DNA of 64,000 nucleotides from an uncultured virus (IMG/VR IMGVR_UViG_3300042882_001139) (lineage: Duplodnaviria; Heunggongvirae; Uroviricota; Caudoviricetes), in the IMG/VR virus record IMGVR_UViG_3300042882_001139, positions 1 through 64,000 of that record; one strand, given 5' to 3'. The translations under genes and the position numbers were made by a program. The notes under the pieces were generated by a model. The model had not been told where the DNA came from. It saw nothing but the letters and a program-made list of their open reading frames with translations, and ran no database searches. Positions within the stretch are counted from its first letter, which is position 1. Every line of letters begins with the position of its first letter. Positions 47,062-58,200 of this stretch are shown piece by piece.

Positions 47062-47156
47062 ATCGCGGAGAAGTGTTTTTTGTTGCTAGAGTGGTTGTGT
47101 ATACTACTCGTTACGCGCTGAACCGCACACAAATTTTAGGCATGGAGGCCTGAAGC

Positions 47157-50100
47157 ATGTCGAGCTACGTAAAACCACAAGTTCTTGTTTTCCAAGAGTT
47201 CTCGATCGTCCCCACGGAGATCACTGAGCCGCTGCGTGCCCACATTGCTGGTCCGCATGCGATGCTCCACCGATATAACGTTCTGGCTGAGAAAAACGAT
47301 ACTCGCCTTGGACTTTATAATCGGTTAGACGACACTTGCTATTCGTGGCCTGGCCGCGAGCCCGGCAGCCTTGTCGATCCGAGTTACACAAAACTCTACA
47401 TCGACGACGCTCTGTTACTTTATTACTCGCATAATGTCGGCGATCCTGCGAACCACAACGTTACGCCAGTTGCCGGCAAGACTAACTGGATTCAGTCGAA
47501 CGTTCTCAAGTTCAAGACCAACGGCGGCGAGACACGCAGCGACGTATTTAATGACCGCGACGTGCAACTCGGCGACGTTGTTTATCTGCGATCGGTCACG
47601 GACACAGCAGATTCATGCGTCGAGACTGAACTGACGACAACGGTCGCCGGTTTTGCAAGTGAAGCCACGAACTCTGTAATTGAAGCGGCTTATGCCGATG
47701 ACGATAACCAAGATCCTGTTTCCGGTGCCGCGGCTGCCGCTAACATCAGCGTCGTACACGGTAGCACGCTCGTTAACTGTGTTACTGTCGCCGAGTCGGC
47801 TGCTGTGGGCTATAACGGTTATAACGGTTTAGCCAGCGGTGACGTTGTAGAAGAGTATTTAGTCGAAGTTATTAAAAGTTCTGTTGCGACATGTCAGGCT
47901 GCTCGGCTGCGCGTCACAAGTGCCAGCGGTCGCGACAACGTAGCGGAACTCGACCCGGGCGATTTTGGTGATGAGGTTGCAGTCGGCACGCGTGGCTTAA
48001 AATTGGTGTTCAGCAACGCCAGTGCCGGCCCCTGTGCCGCCACTGCTACAACGAACGGCATCCCGGCAACAAGTTTTGTGGTCGGCCAAAAGTGGCGTGT
48101 GCTTGTCGGGCAGGCTTACGATAACGTAGAGGCTGCAATCGTTGCCACGTCGCCGAACACTGTTTCGGCTGGAAAGATTTATGGACAGTATACTGGCGCC
48201 AAAAATGACACTTATATCATTGAGTGCACGAAGGGCGGCACGTGGGCCACGCAGCCTGAGATCTCTGTGCGGACAGCGAAGGGCTTAGATTATTCTGGCC
48301 CGACGTCTGTAACTTCTAGCACTTATGCGACTGGCGTGTCGGTGGGTTCTAGCGGTGTGCGGGTCAAATTCGTTGGCGATACCGGCGGTGCTTTAGCCAC
48401 GTCTGTTAATCCCATCATAACCGTTACTTCGCCCGGTGTTGGTTACACCTCCGCACCTACCGTTACATTCTCTGCGGCTCCGGCTGGCGGCGTTACCGCG
48501 ACCGGCACAGCGGTGCTGGGAACCGGTGCTGACAGCGATAATGTAGTCAGTATTACTGTGACAAATCGCGGAGCTGGTTATACATCAGCCCCGACGATCA
48601 CAATTTCTGCGCCTCCGGCTGGTGCTGGAAATGCGACAGCCACAGCCACAGCGACATTAACCGGCGCAGATACCATCATCGGCCTTCGTAAGGGCGACAA
48701 GTGGTACATTCCGGTTACATCGTCCCAGGCTGGTCCGGTCCGTCGTTTAATCCTGCGCGACGACCTGCCGGCACTGATGGCTTCAGCCACGGAACTCGAC
48801 CTGAAGTTGTTCATCAAAGACAACATCCAGGTTGCCGAAAACAGGGTAGAGGCGGCTCCGGACGTAAATTACGAAACCGAAGCCACACAGATCTGCGTCA
48901 AAGAAGGCGTAACAGCGTACCACCCCGAGTGGACGGCTGCCGGCGCCGAACAGCCGCTGCCTGTGTACTCTGGCACAATGTACGTTCAGTACCGCGAATG
49001 GCTTGCTGATCTTGCCGACGAAGTTAACGCTATCAACAACCCTGGCGACCTTGATCAAATCAAGGGACAACTTGATCCGGACAATCCGCTCAAGTGGGGC
49101 GTGTACAAAGCGCTGTCGAACTCGAACGGCACGGCTGTGAAGTACACCGCTGTACGTAACCCTGAAAATCTGGATAGCTGGGTTGAGGTGTTAGAACGAC
49201 TCAAGGGTCGCGATGATCTCTACAACCTTGTTCCGCTGACGTTTAACACACTCGTGCACAACCTCTGGGCGGCTCAAACCGTTTCGGAGTCCAATGAATT
49301 TGCTAATAACTGGAAGGCCGCGGTCGTAGCCCTCAAGTCTCGCCCGACCGTACTGGTTGTCGGTGAAGGCGCTGCTATCGCCGGTGTCTCTGGCAATGTA
49401 ATTGCTGACCCCGTGCTTGCGGTGCTTGAAGATGATCCGAACGCGACAAATATGCAGTACACACGACTGCGTGTTCCGACAGGTTCTGGTTACTTTATCA
49501 CTAACAATGTTCGCCCCGGCGACGTTGTTCGCTACCTGTTTACCGTAGACGGATTTTCTGAAGAGCAGTACGAAGAATTTGTTGTTGACGAGGTTCTCTC
49601 TGAAAACACACTGCGGCTTTACTCGGGCGCTGACGCTCCCGTTAACGCAGCGCAGCGTGTTGAGATCTACCACAACAACAACCGGAATGAGATCGCTGAC
49701 GACATTGCACAGCAGGCCGGTGCCCTCAGCAGCCGACGTGTCGTGGCCGTATGGCCCGATCAGGTCGGCGAGGCTGGCGTCCTGCAGCCGGGCTACTATC
49801 TCGCTGCGGCCATCGCTGGCCTCGCGAGTGGCGTAGTGCCGCAGCAAGGTTTAACAAATGTTGAAGTAGCTGGGTTCGACGATTTCACTCGGTCGTACAA
49901 GTACTTCAACGAAACACAGTTAAACAGGCTTGCGGAAGCTGGCGTGTGGATTGTGACCGAAGACCGTGACGGTACGCCGCACTCGCGGCACGCTCTGACC
50001 ACGGACAATCTCGACTTGAACCGTCGTGAAGAAATGATTCGGCGCAATGTTGACTCGATGTCTTATCTGTTCCTGCGTCGGCTGCGTCCGTACATCGGCC

Positions 50101-50327
50101 GCACTAACGCGACTCCGTCGATGGTAACGCTGTTGCGTAACCGGATGACAGAGACAATTTCTGCGTTGGCTACGAACGGCACAACGGCGGAGGTCGGTTC
50201 GCAGCTCATTGATGGAAGCATCCGCGTGCTGCGTATCCATCCGCTGTTAAAGGATCGGATCGAGGTGATCCTCGACCTCACGGTTCCGGCGCCGCTCAAT
50301 AACATCGAGTTACACTTAGTGGTCTAA
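47157..50327 (+). CDS. tail sheath protein
   Basis: C-terminal LNRLAEAGVWIV, IRRNVD, LRPYIGR, VPAPLNNIELHLVV; followed by tube gene. Confidence 0.85.
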   Translation: MSSYVKPQVLVFQEFSIVPTEITEPLRAHIAGPHAMLHRYNVLAEKNDTRLGLYNRLDDTCYSWPGREPGSLVDPSYTKLYIDDALLLYYSHNVGDPANHNVTPVAGKTNWIQSNVLKFKTNGGETRSDVFNDRDVQLGDVVYLRSVTDTADSCVETELTTTVAGFASEATNSVIEAAYADDDNQDPVSGAAAAANISVVHGSTLVNCVTVAESAAVGYNGYNGLASGDVVEEYLVEVIKSSVATCQAARLRVTSASGRDNVAELDPGDFGDEVAVGTRGLKLVFSNASAGPCAATATTNGIPATSFVVGQKWRVLVGQAYDNVEAAIVATSPNTVSAGKIYGQYTGAKNDTYIIECTKGGTWATQPEISVRTAKGLDYSGPTSVTSSTYATGVSVGSSGVRVKFVGDTGGALATSVNPIITVTSPGVGYTSAPTVTFSAAPAGGVTATGTAVLGTGADSDNVVSITVTNRGAGYTSAPTITISAPPAGAGNATATATATLTGADTIIGLRKGDKWYIPVTSSQAGPVRRLILRDDLPALMASATELDLKLFIKDNIQVAENRVEAAPDVNYETEATQICVKEGVTAYHPEWTAAGAEQPLPVYSGTMYVQYREWLADLADEVNAINNPGDLDQIKGQLDPDNPLKWGVYKALSNSNGTAVKYTAVRNPENLDSWVEVLERLKGRDDLYNLVPLTFNTLVHNLWAAQTVSESNEFANNWKAAVVALKSRPTVLVVGEGAAIAGVSGNVIADPVLAVLEDDPNATNMQYTRLRVPTGSGYFITNNVRPGDVVRYLFTVDGFSEEQYEEFVVDEVLSENTLRLYSGADAPVNAAQRVEIYHNNNRNEIADDIAQQAGALSSRRVVAVWPDQVGEAGVLQPGYYLAAAIAGLASGVVPQQGLTNVEVAGFDDFTRSYKYFNETQLNRLAEAGVWIVTEDRDGTPHSRHALTTDNLDLNRREEMIRRNVDSMSYLFLRRLRPYIGRTNATPSMVTLLRNRMTETISALATNGTTAEVGSQLIDGSIRVLRIHPLLKDRIEVILDLTVPAPLNNIELHLVV

Positions 50328-50346
50328 TTACACAAGGAGTTAAGGT

Positions 50347-50853
50347 ATGGCAAAAACAAGTGTTTTCGCAAACACATGCGGTGAAGACCAGACGCACGGC
50401 GGTTCGTTTTTAGCCGATAACGTTAAGCTCACGTGGTCGCAGGATTCTGGCGGCGCGGGCAACGGCGGTGCAAACGGCGGAGCTTTAGTGCAACAAGTGC
50501 AGTTTCAAATTCAACGTAATGTAAACATGCTGTACGAGATTGGCTCGTCGCTTGTGTACTACGTTGGCGGTCGTCGGCAGGGTAACGCGACGTTTAACCG
50601 CGTCGTTTCCGGCTCTGACACATTCCGCGACTTGGCTACAAAGTTTGGCAACATCTGCAATCCGAAGAACCTTTATTTAAACGCGGCGCAGGCTTCTTGC
50701 AAAGGCGAGAGCTGCGGCGAGGCTGGTGGCGTGAAGTACACGCTCATTAGTGCGACTTTGAACTCTGTCGGTGCGTCGGTTTCGGCGAACGATGTTGTAA
50801 TTAACGAATCGCTCGGTTTCATGTTTACGGATCTCGGTTACGAGAAGGCGTAA
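50347..50853 (+). CDS. tail tube protein
   Basis: LVQQVQFQIQRNVNMLYEIGS..YYVGGR..G...FNRV; follows sheath. Confidence 0.75.
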   Translation: MAKTSVFANTCGEDQTHGGSFLADNVKLTWSQDSGGAGNGGANGGALVQQVQFQIQRNVNMLYEIGSSLVYYVGGRRQGNATFNRVVSGSDTFRDLATKFGNICNPKNLYLNAAQASCKGESCGEAGGVKYTLISATLNSVGASVSANDVVINESLGFMFTDLGYEKA

Positions 50854-50881
50854 GCAGTAGATTAGACAGCGTATAACCAGA

Positions 50882-50914
50882 AAACGGCGGTTGCGTTTTA
50901 CGCAGCCGCCGTTT
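50882..50914 (+). terminator. intrinsic terminator-like hairpin
   Basis: AAACGGCGGTTGCG-TTTTA-CGCAGCCGCCGTTT. Confidence 0.7.
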
Positions 50915-50973
50915 ATGGTATAGGCGGCAACGCCTGGGGCTTAGGCCCGTAACCACACCGAAAGGTGGACAAC

Positions 50974-53862
50974 ATGAGTGATCAGCCTACGCCAGTGGGT
51001 ATTAGACCCATTTCGCCGGCAGCCCAGTTTACCGACAACACGATTCACACGCGTATTCTTCAGAACAATACGCAGTACGCCGCTAAGGGCGCTAACGCCG
51101 CGTACGGAGCGCAGACTGACTCCGTAGCCGACCCGTTTCAAAAACTTAGCAGTTACGAAAACGGCCTGCAAGAAGGCGGGCGTATTTTAATTGGCTGGAT
51201 TCTTGACGGCACGCCAATTGTAAATTCGTATCGCGTGCATCTTGAAAAAGCAATATGCCCGATTCTAGCGACCGCCGTTTGCGGTACAACGCAGGGCTTC
51301 TTTGGCCCAACAGAACTGCAGCACTATTGCCTTGGCACATGTGTCATGGTGATGTGGCACGACAAGATAAACAAGTATTACATCATCGGCGCTATTCCCG
51401 ACCCGTACGATACCGGCAAACGCGCTGTTAATCCTTACATTACGCAAGCGTCCAGAAAGCGCGTAGACGAAGCCCACAAAGTCCACATCAAGCAGCCGAA
51501 TAGCAGCAACTTAGCTAACTACAGTGCACTGAAACCTTTTGACGCCACGCTTGGAGGCGAGTGGGGTGCGGTGAGCACAACAGGTGTTGCAGTTACTGTC
51601 GATGACTTTATGGCACAGTTATCGGTGAATGAGTTTTGCGGCGTGTTCAGTTTTTATCATGACAGTTTGCTACGTGTTGCTGGCACGCAATTCCAACTTT
51701 GGACTGCCGGCCATGAGCGTGATGCGTTCATGGACCAAGCCGAGTACAACGACATTCAAGGTTACACGGCTTTTCCGTGGGAGGCTGTCGGCATACTTAC
51801 GCCAGGGCAGCCGACCATTAAAGAGTTTCAATTCGAAGACATCCACTGCCCGAACGCTAAGCCATACTTCGCGCACTGGGAAAGTAAAAATCTTTACCAG
51901 CAGCCATACCATCGGACGCAACATTTTTACGGCTATCTCGGCCAAGGCGGTCGCTATGTTTTACACGCCCCACCTGAAGGCGTAAACGTATGGACGTACG
52001 AAAAAACAGGCGGCGGAGATGCGGGCAAGGTATATGAGGCCACGGTAAGAAGCCAAGATTACGAAAATCCGTGTACCGGCGGCGGCGGAAGCAATCCAGA
52101 CACGAACACGATGGAACTTAAGCCATGTGTTGGTCTGCACGAAGACAATATCGCAATGGACGGCCGCAGGTTCATTGCGTCGGCAAAAGGTATTGTGTTA
52201 GCGAAGCGAATGTTGCTTCCTATGCCAACACGTCTTCGCCGCCCGGAGGATAGTAAAGGGGACGATGCCGAGACAAATTATAAGGCATGCGGCAAAACAG
52301 GCGCAGGCCCAGAGCATGAGATAACAGGCGACATAAAGACTAGCGGTGATCACCCCCATCTTCAACGAGCTAGTGCTGTTCTTGACTTGCATGGGTATTT
52401 GTTTAATTACGCTGGAATACATCCGTTCCACTGGCACACGAAAGATTTCAAACTGTGGCAGCAAAGCGAGCTAAAGCACGCACAATATAACCACAAGATT
52501 CCAAGTTTTTCAACGCTTAAATCAAAAATGTATTTGCCGGAGCCGCAACCCAAGCAAATACGCGTAGACCACCGCTATAAAACACAAAAGTTTTACGAGT
52601 CGGAAAGTTCGATCTCGTTGCTTGAAGACGGCAGTGTTGTAATTACAGATGGTTACGGCGCAGAAATAAAGATGTCTGCCGGCTGTCTTACGATGTCCGC
52701 GCCCGGCGACGTGTGGCTCAAGTCTGGTCGCTCTACGCAACTGTGGTCCGGAGCCGACTGCATTGTGCGAGCAGTAGACGATGTCGACATCTCAACGACA
52801 GAGAAAAACGTGCGTATTAAAAGCGAGCAAAACCTCATGCTGCTCGCCGGCAACGACTCGTCTCAAAAAGAGGGCGGCGTGCTTATTGAAAGCCGTGCAA
52901 AAAGTCCCGTATACAAATTTGAAGAATGCGGCGACGACGTTATCTTCGGCGGCATAGTGCTTAGGGCGCCGAAGTCTGAAGTCGTCGCACTGGGCGAAAA
53001 GATCTACCTTCGCACTGGCGGCGGCGGGAGCAAAATTAAACCGGGCAATATCACAATTGACGCCGGCCGCGGCGAAGCAGACATCGTCACAAAGTCCAAT
53101 AACCTGTTTAACTACGTTGGGCAAAACGGGCAGATCCTCCACTTCTTCCGTGCTGGTGCCGACGACGAAACGAAAAAAGCAAATGCCTTCAGAAGCAGTG
53201 CCACGCTGCTTTGCGGCCCAGTCATGACAGACCGAGACATTATTGCTGGCGGCAATATGATCTTGGACGGCAGCATATTGTGTGCCAGTCAAAATGGCCA
53301 TATTTTTACGGGCCAAGCCGCGAAGGGAATGATCTTCGTTGCCCCATGTGACGGCGACTGTGCTGATCAAGCATTGCCAGCACTTGATACGGTGAAACAA
53401 CTTATTGAAAAAGAACTGCCAAAGATTGCTGATCAAATCGACGATCAAATGCTGGAACAACTTTGGTACAAAACTGGCCGGCCGGGCAATGCCGGAACGA
53501 TGGACATCATGGAGTTCTCGTTCCGTACCGACGAACAATACAAAATTCCAGACTTCTTATTGTTCGAAGATCGCTGGCAGCAGATGGCCCGCCTCACGGG
53601 CGACATTCCAAAACGTTGGACCGAGAAACCGGTTACGAATGTTTCTTGCGGACCGACGTATCCGTTTCCGGGAAAGAAATGGCTGGAGTCTGAGGGCTTC
53701 GCTATGGTTGACTTTAATATCGTTACGTCCGCCGGCGGAAGCATGCGCGATAAAGATCGCGGGAACCAAGGAACGCTGGCGGAAGAGTACCGTAATCCCG
53801 AATTCAAAGAGATTAAAAAACAGAAAATCAACGGCATGTACCCAATCATTGGTCGCGACTAA
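50974..53862 (+). CDS. putative baseplate central spike (gp5/VgrG-like)
   Basis: OB-fold-like GTCVMV...YYIIGAI; beta-helix-like SISLLEDGSVVITDGYGAEIKMSAG.LTMSAPGDV. Confidence 0.6.
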   Translation: MSDQPTPVGIRPISPAAQFTDNTIHTRILQNNTQYAAKGANAAYGAQTDSVADPFQKLSSYENGLQEGGRILIGWILDGTPIVNSYRVHLEKAICPILATAVCGTTQGFFGPTELQHYCLGTCVMVMWHDKINKYYIIGAIPDPYDTGKRAVNPYITQASRKRVDEAHKVHIKQPNSSNLANYSALKPFDATLGGEWGAVSTTGVAVTVDDFMAQLSVNEFCGVFSFYHDSLLRVAGTQFQLWTAGHERDAFMDQAEYNDIQGYTAFPWEAVGILTPGQPTIKEFQFEDIHCPNAKPYFAHWESKNLYQQPYHRTQHFYGYLGQGGRYVLHAPPEGVNVWTYEKTGGGDAGKVYEATVRSQDYENPCTGGGGSNPDTNTMELKPCVGLHEDNIAMDGRRFIASAKGIVLAKRMLLPMPTRLRRPEDSKGDDAETNYKACGKTGAGPEHEITGDIKTSGDHPHLQRASAVLDLHGYLFNYAGIHPFHWHTKDFKLWQQSELKHAQYNHKIPSFSTLKSKMYLPEPQPKQIRVDHRYKTQKFYESESSISLLEDGSVVITDGYGAEIKMSAGCLTMSAPGDVWLKSGRSTQLWSGADCIVRAVDDVDISTTEKNVRIKSEQNLMLLAGNDSSQKEGGVLIESRAKSPVYKFEECGDDVIFGGIVLRAPKSEVVALGEKIYLRTGGGGSKIKPGNITIDAGRGEADIVTKSNNLFNYVGQNGQILHFFRAGADDETKKANAFRSSATLLCGPVMTDRDIIAGGNMILDGSILCASQNGHIFTGQAAKGMIFVAPCDGDCADQALPALDTVKQLIEKELPKIADQIDDQMLEQLWYKTGRPGNAGTMDIMEFSFRTDEQYKIPDFLLFEDRWQQMARLTGDIPKRWTEKPVTNVSCGPTYPFPGKKWLESEGFAMVDFNIVTSAGGSMRDKDRGNQGTLAEEYRNPEFKEIKKQKINGMYPIIGRD

Positions 53863-53877
53863 TAACGAGGAGCAAAC

Positions 53878-54885
53878 ATGGAACTGGTTGAAAACCCGTA
53901 CCTGTCGGATTTCACAAAAAAAACGCTGCTGCAGTTTAATTGGAAAGACGGCGATCCAATCCCGGCGACGCTTGGCGATTTTCTGTTGAAAACTAAAGAA
54001 ACGATTCCAGCGTCCTCGCGCACTGACGTGTTGATAGACGCTGAAAAAATGCCTGCCGAGGCCGTCGCACAGGTGAACGCGATGCTCGCCGAAGCCCGCG
54101 TCATTGGCGACAAAGAAAAGGCACGGCAGGCGCGACAGAAAGAACTACAAAGCGTAACCGAGGGTATGGCGCCGAATGTCGCCGCGGCCGTTGAACAAAT
54201 TTTAGGCCCGCAAATCGTAGATGACCGGGCGACGATGGCTTCCACTCCAGCAGCAGAGGCAGCCCCGGCACCAAAGCCCGCACCGCAGCCAGAGGCACCT
54301 GTAGTGCCCGATTCAGTGGACGAGGCCCTGATGCCGGCAATGGCCTTTATGCCGTTTTGCCCGCGCTGTGGCTGGGACATGCGACAGAAGTATGACGTAA
54401 ACGCTACCGACAGGGACAAAGAAGATTTTGTGGCTTGCCTGCTGGGCAACACGCGATTTAAACGAACTTTTGAGCTCTTTGGCGGGAAACTCAGGGTGAC
54501 GCTACGGGCACTTCTGACAGAAGAAACCAAAGCCATTTATAAGCAGTTAATTATCGACCAGCAGCAGGGGGTTGTTAACTCTGAGGCGGAGTGGTTCGCG
54601 CAGATGATGGACTACCGGCTGGCTTGTTCCGTAGAGAGCCTTGCCGATAAAGACGGCAAATTAATCTCGGTCGTGCCGGAGATGGCTGAAATGCCGTTTA
54701 CGCCTGACAAGGACAACCCGCTGGCGACACCATTAGTAGCAACGCTGGATTACGTAAATACAAAAGTATTGGCACAAGAAGTCACCAAGCGGCTTGTCGG
54801 AACGCACCTCCGACAATTTCAGCGGCTTGTTGAGGCACTTGAAGCCATGGCGTTAGAACCAAGTTTTTGGACCGGGATCGAATAG
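53878..54885 (+). CDS. putative tail/baseplate assembly chaperone
   Basis: GAGGAG RBS; CPRC; VTLRALLTEE; upstream of tape measure. Confidence 0.5.
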   Translation: MELVENPYLSDFTKKTLLQFNWKDGDPIPATLGDFLLKTKETIPASSRTDVLIDAEKMPAEAVAQVNAMLAEARVIGDKEKARQARQKELQSVTEGMAPNVAAAVEQILGPQIVDDRATMASTPAAEAAPAPKPAPQPEAPVVPDSVDEALMPAMAFMPFCPRCGWDMRQKYDVNATDRDKEDFVACLLGNTRFKRTFELFGGKLRVTLRALLTEETKAIYKQLIIDQQQGVVNSEAEWFAQMMDYRLACSVESLADKDGKLISVVPEMAEMPFTPDKDNPLATPLVATLDYVNTKVLAQEVTKRLVGTHLRQFQRLVEALEAMALEPSFWTGIE

Positions 54886-55262
54886 CAGCCTACATGGTGC
54901 GGGCTGCAGTATCGGGGGCAATTGACTACTCCCGAGCCGATCCCACGGACAGAAACTGGCGGTTAAAGCAAAACCTGGTGCTGCGTGAAATACAGCGCCA
55001 AGAGGATCTGCAGATCCACACGGCGATACACCAGCAGTGGCTGGCGTACATATCGCACGGCCGGCTCACGCCAGAAAGCTTTGACTCCGTAAAAAGCCAG
55101 GCGAACGAGGCCCTCGACCGCCTGCAGGAGTTAATTTTGCCGTGGGTCGAAAAGACTGAGCCTAAACAACTGCTTCAAAACGATACAATGTTAGATGCAG
55201 AAACGCAGAAACTTGTAGAGCAATATAAGCGCGAATTTGGCGGCGGAGACGAACAAAAATGA
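54867..55262 (+). CDS. putative tail assembly chaperone extension (-1 frame)
   Basis: Overlaps previous gene in -1 frame, no clear RBS, abuts tape measure gene. Confidence 0.5.
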   Translation: MDRDRIAAYMVRAAVSGAIDYSRADPTDRNWRLKQNLVLREIQRQEDLQIHTAIHQQWLAYISHGRLTPESFDSVKSQANEALDRLQELILPWVEKTEPKQLLQNDTMLDAETQKLVEQYKREFGGGDEQK

Positions 55263-58200
55263 ATGGGTTCCAAGCACCCGGCCCCGTGCCGTGGACATAC
55301 GCCGCACCCTACAACCCGGCTATGAGCATGGGTTTTAACCCGTCTGGCTTTGGTGCTATTGCGGGCCCGTTAATGACGAGTTATTTGCAGCAATTTGCTG
55401 GCCCCACCAATTTTTTGCCGCATCAGTTCCCCGGGCAGGCCAAAGCCGACCAGTTCATAATGCGGGAGTACTTTAACCGCAGCCAGCAAAATTTATACAG
55501 AACAAACGCCGCAGGTGACCAGCGGTTTGCCAATGTGCTATTAGGCACCCGCGGCATGGTTACTGACAAGCCGGCCTCTGATTTAAATCGAGGCCAGGCT
55601 TTAAACATGGCCCAAATGTTAAACGACCCCACAGTTAAAGGTCTGGTGGGCATGATGGTCGGCCCTGAGAATCTTGAGCAAATTATGTTCGGCAGTGCCG
55701 GCGACCCCATGGCTATGGCCGCTGCCGCGAACCGTATTGGGTATTACCGGCCTGACGCACTTACTGGCGCGAAAAAAATGAGTGCCCGGTCGCTAGAGTC
55801 TTTTTCCCGCGGTATGTACGCGACTATGTACGAACCTGCCGGGGACGTAGAAAAAATGGTGGCCGATGCTCGGGCAGGTGATCCAACTCAGACTGCAGCG
55901 TTACAAAAAGCCGCTCGTGCTGAGAGTTCAAGAATTGTACGCGACGACGAAGTAAGCCAGCGTCTTATCGATCAGGGAGAAGACCGCGTAAATGATCTGT
56001 ATAAGCGATATCAGCCAAGCGGCACCGCGACAACAGTAACCGATAAAGCGGCAGCCCTTACAAAATTTGATCGTGCTGTAAATGACGCCAACGTTCTTTC
56101 GGCAGACGAGGTGACGTTCGGCGGTATGGAGCGAAAAGCAAAGCGTGCCGGGCTTGATAGCATGCACGGCTTCTCCGCGTCACAGGCGGCAACAGTCACT
56201 GAGAACTTATTTCAAAAAGGTTTGTTACCGCAAAGCATCGGCGCCTTGTCGCCGGCTGAGCGCGTCAAAGTGCTGGCCGATCAAAATATGGATGACGAGA
56301 CGCTTACCAGGCTCGCCAAAGAATATGGGCGACACTATTTAACAGAAGGCGGTGGCCGTAATTCAGACGCCGGTGCCGCGTTCAGAGCCGCAGGCACAGA
56401 TATCGTTAAACAAAATAAAGTGCTTGATGACAACACGGAAGACTTCAAAGGTCAACTGCGATTTAATATGTCGCAGTTAAAGGGCGCTGTCGGCACGGCG
56501 AACCCTGAAGATTTACTGCAACTTGAAGGCATGGACGTCGTCGCTAACCAGGTCGACGCAAGTAAAGCGGGTAATGCGGTCAAAAAGCACACAGAAGCAT
56601 TAGCCGCGATTAGAGAGATTTTCGGAGACAGCGGTAATCCAAACGCTCCCGTGCCCGCCCTGCTTGCGGCTCTCGATCACTTAAGCCATGGCTCGATGCA
56701 CCAAGTCGGCGCGGGAAGAGTTGCTGGCATTATGCGTGAGATGCGCGGGACAGCTAAAGAGATCGGCATGGGCTTTGACCAGTTGGCAGGCTTCTCCGCA
56801 TCTGTGGGCGCGTACGGCGACACACTTGGATTGTCCGGCCCGTCAAAAATGAATGCCGTCAATGAAGCACTAACTATGGTGCAGTCAATGCGACAGAGCG
56901 GTGCATTATCTATTGAACGCTACGGCGCAATGAGCCAAGAAGAGGCGTTACAGCAGGCGGGCATGTTGGCCGCCCGCGGCGAAGGCTCGTCAAACGCCAA
57001 GTCTGTCGCCGCATTGGTCCGTGCGTACGAGTTAGATCCGAGCAAGTATGCCGGCACAGAATTGGAAGCAGCTGTTAATTCGCTCAAGGAAGGCGGCGAC
57101 GGTAACTACGAAGTTAAAGACGCTAGCGGTAACGTTGTAAAAACCGGCAATATTTACGAGCAACTTGGCACCGGCGGCTTCCGAGAGGCGTCGCGTATTG
57201 CGGCAACCGGCGGCATGACGCATCAAGAGTTCATGACGTTACATGCTGACTCGGCCACCATGGAGTACAGCCAGTCGGGTGCTGCCATGCGAACCATGCG
57301 GCAAGAATATTTAGAGCGTGTGGGTGGTAACGCGTTTGGCGGATTCTTGGCACAGGGCCTCGACAATATCAAAGACCCGGACAATAAACTCGATGGTCGC
57401 GACGCTGCGGCAGTGCGTGGTCGTAATGTTATCGCCACTAAGTTTGCGGAGATAGCACTTGACACCGCACACATGGACGAAAAAGAGCGCGTCGATCACA
57501 TCAATAAGACAATCAAAGATGAGTTTGCGGCAGCATTAATCGCAGACGCCGAGCGCCAAGGCATTACGATCGATGACGCTGCCCGTGCAGAAGCCAACAA
57601 ACAAGCAGAGTTCGCGGTGCGTGGAATCTTGGGCGATGACCCAAATCGCCGCGACCAAACACTGCAGTCACGGCTGGCGGGTTTCAACACCTCGTCTGAG
57701 CAGTTAACTGGCCGCGGCACTGTGGCCACATATCAACTTTTTAGCAAGGATCAGCAAGCACAATTTGCCAACGCACAGACAGCCCGAAAAGAAGAAGCCG
57801 ATCGCCGATATAAGCTTGGCTTTGGATTAGATAGTTCACCGCTCGGCCGACTGTCGGATTATCTGGCTGAGACCGGTATGACTGGCGAAGCCGTTACGAA
57901 AGAAAACCTGATTAAAGAGTTGGCTGGCATAATCCCCGATCAAAAGTTTAGGGAGACGCTGGCCGACCAACTGATGCCGCAGTTAAACGCCTCGCGGGAC
58001 GCGGGAAATCAACACCTTGTCACCACTCGGCACCTAGACGATCTCGAACAGAAGACCCGGTCAGGCGACAAAAAAGAAAGCGCCGCGGCGGCTGAAGAAC
58101 TCCGTGCAATCGCCGCTCGCCGCGATAAGCGGTTTGAGAAAGCCGACGGGCTGGTGACCGAACAGGAACTATCAGCAAAACGTGCCGAAGCATTAAAAGG

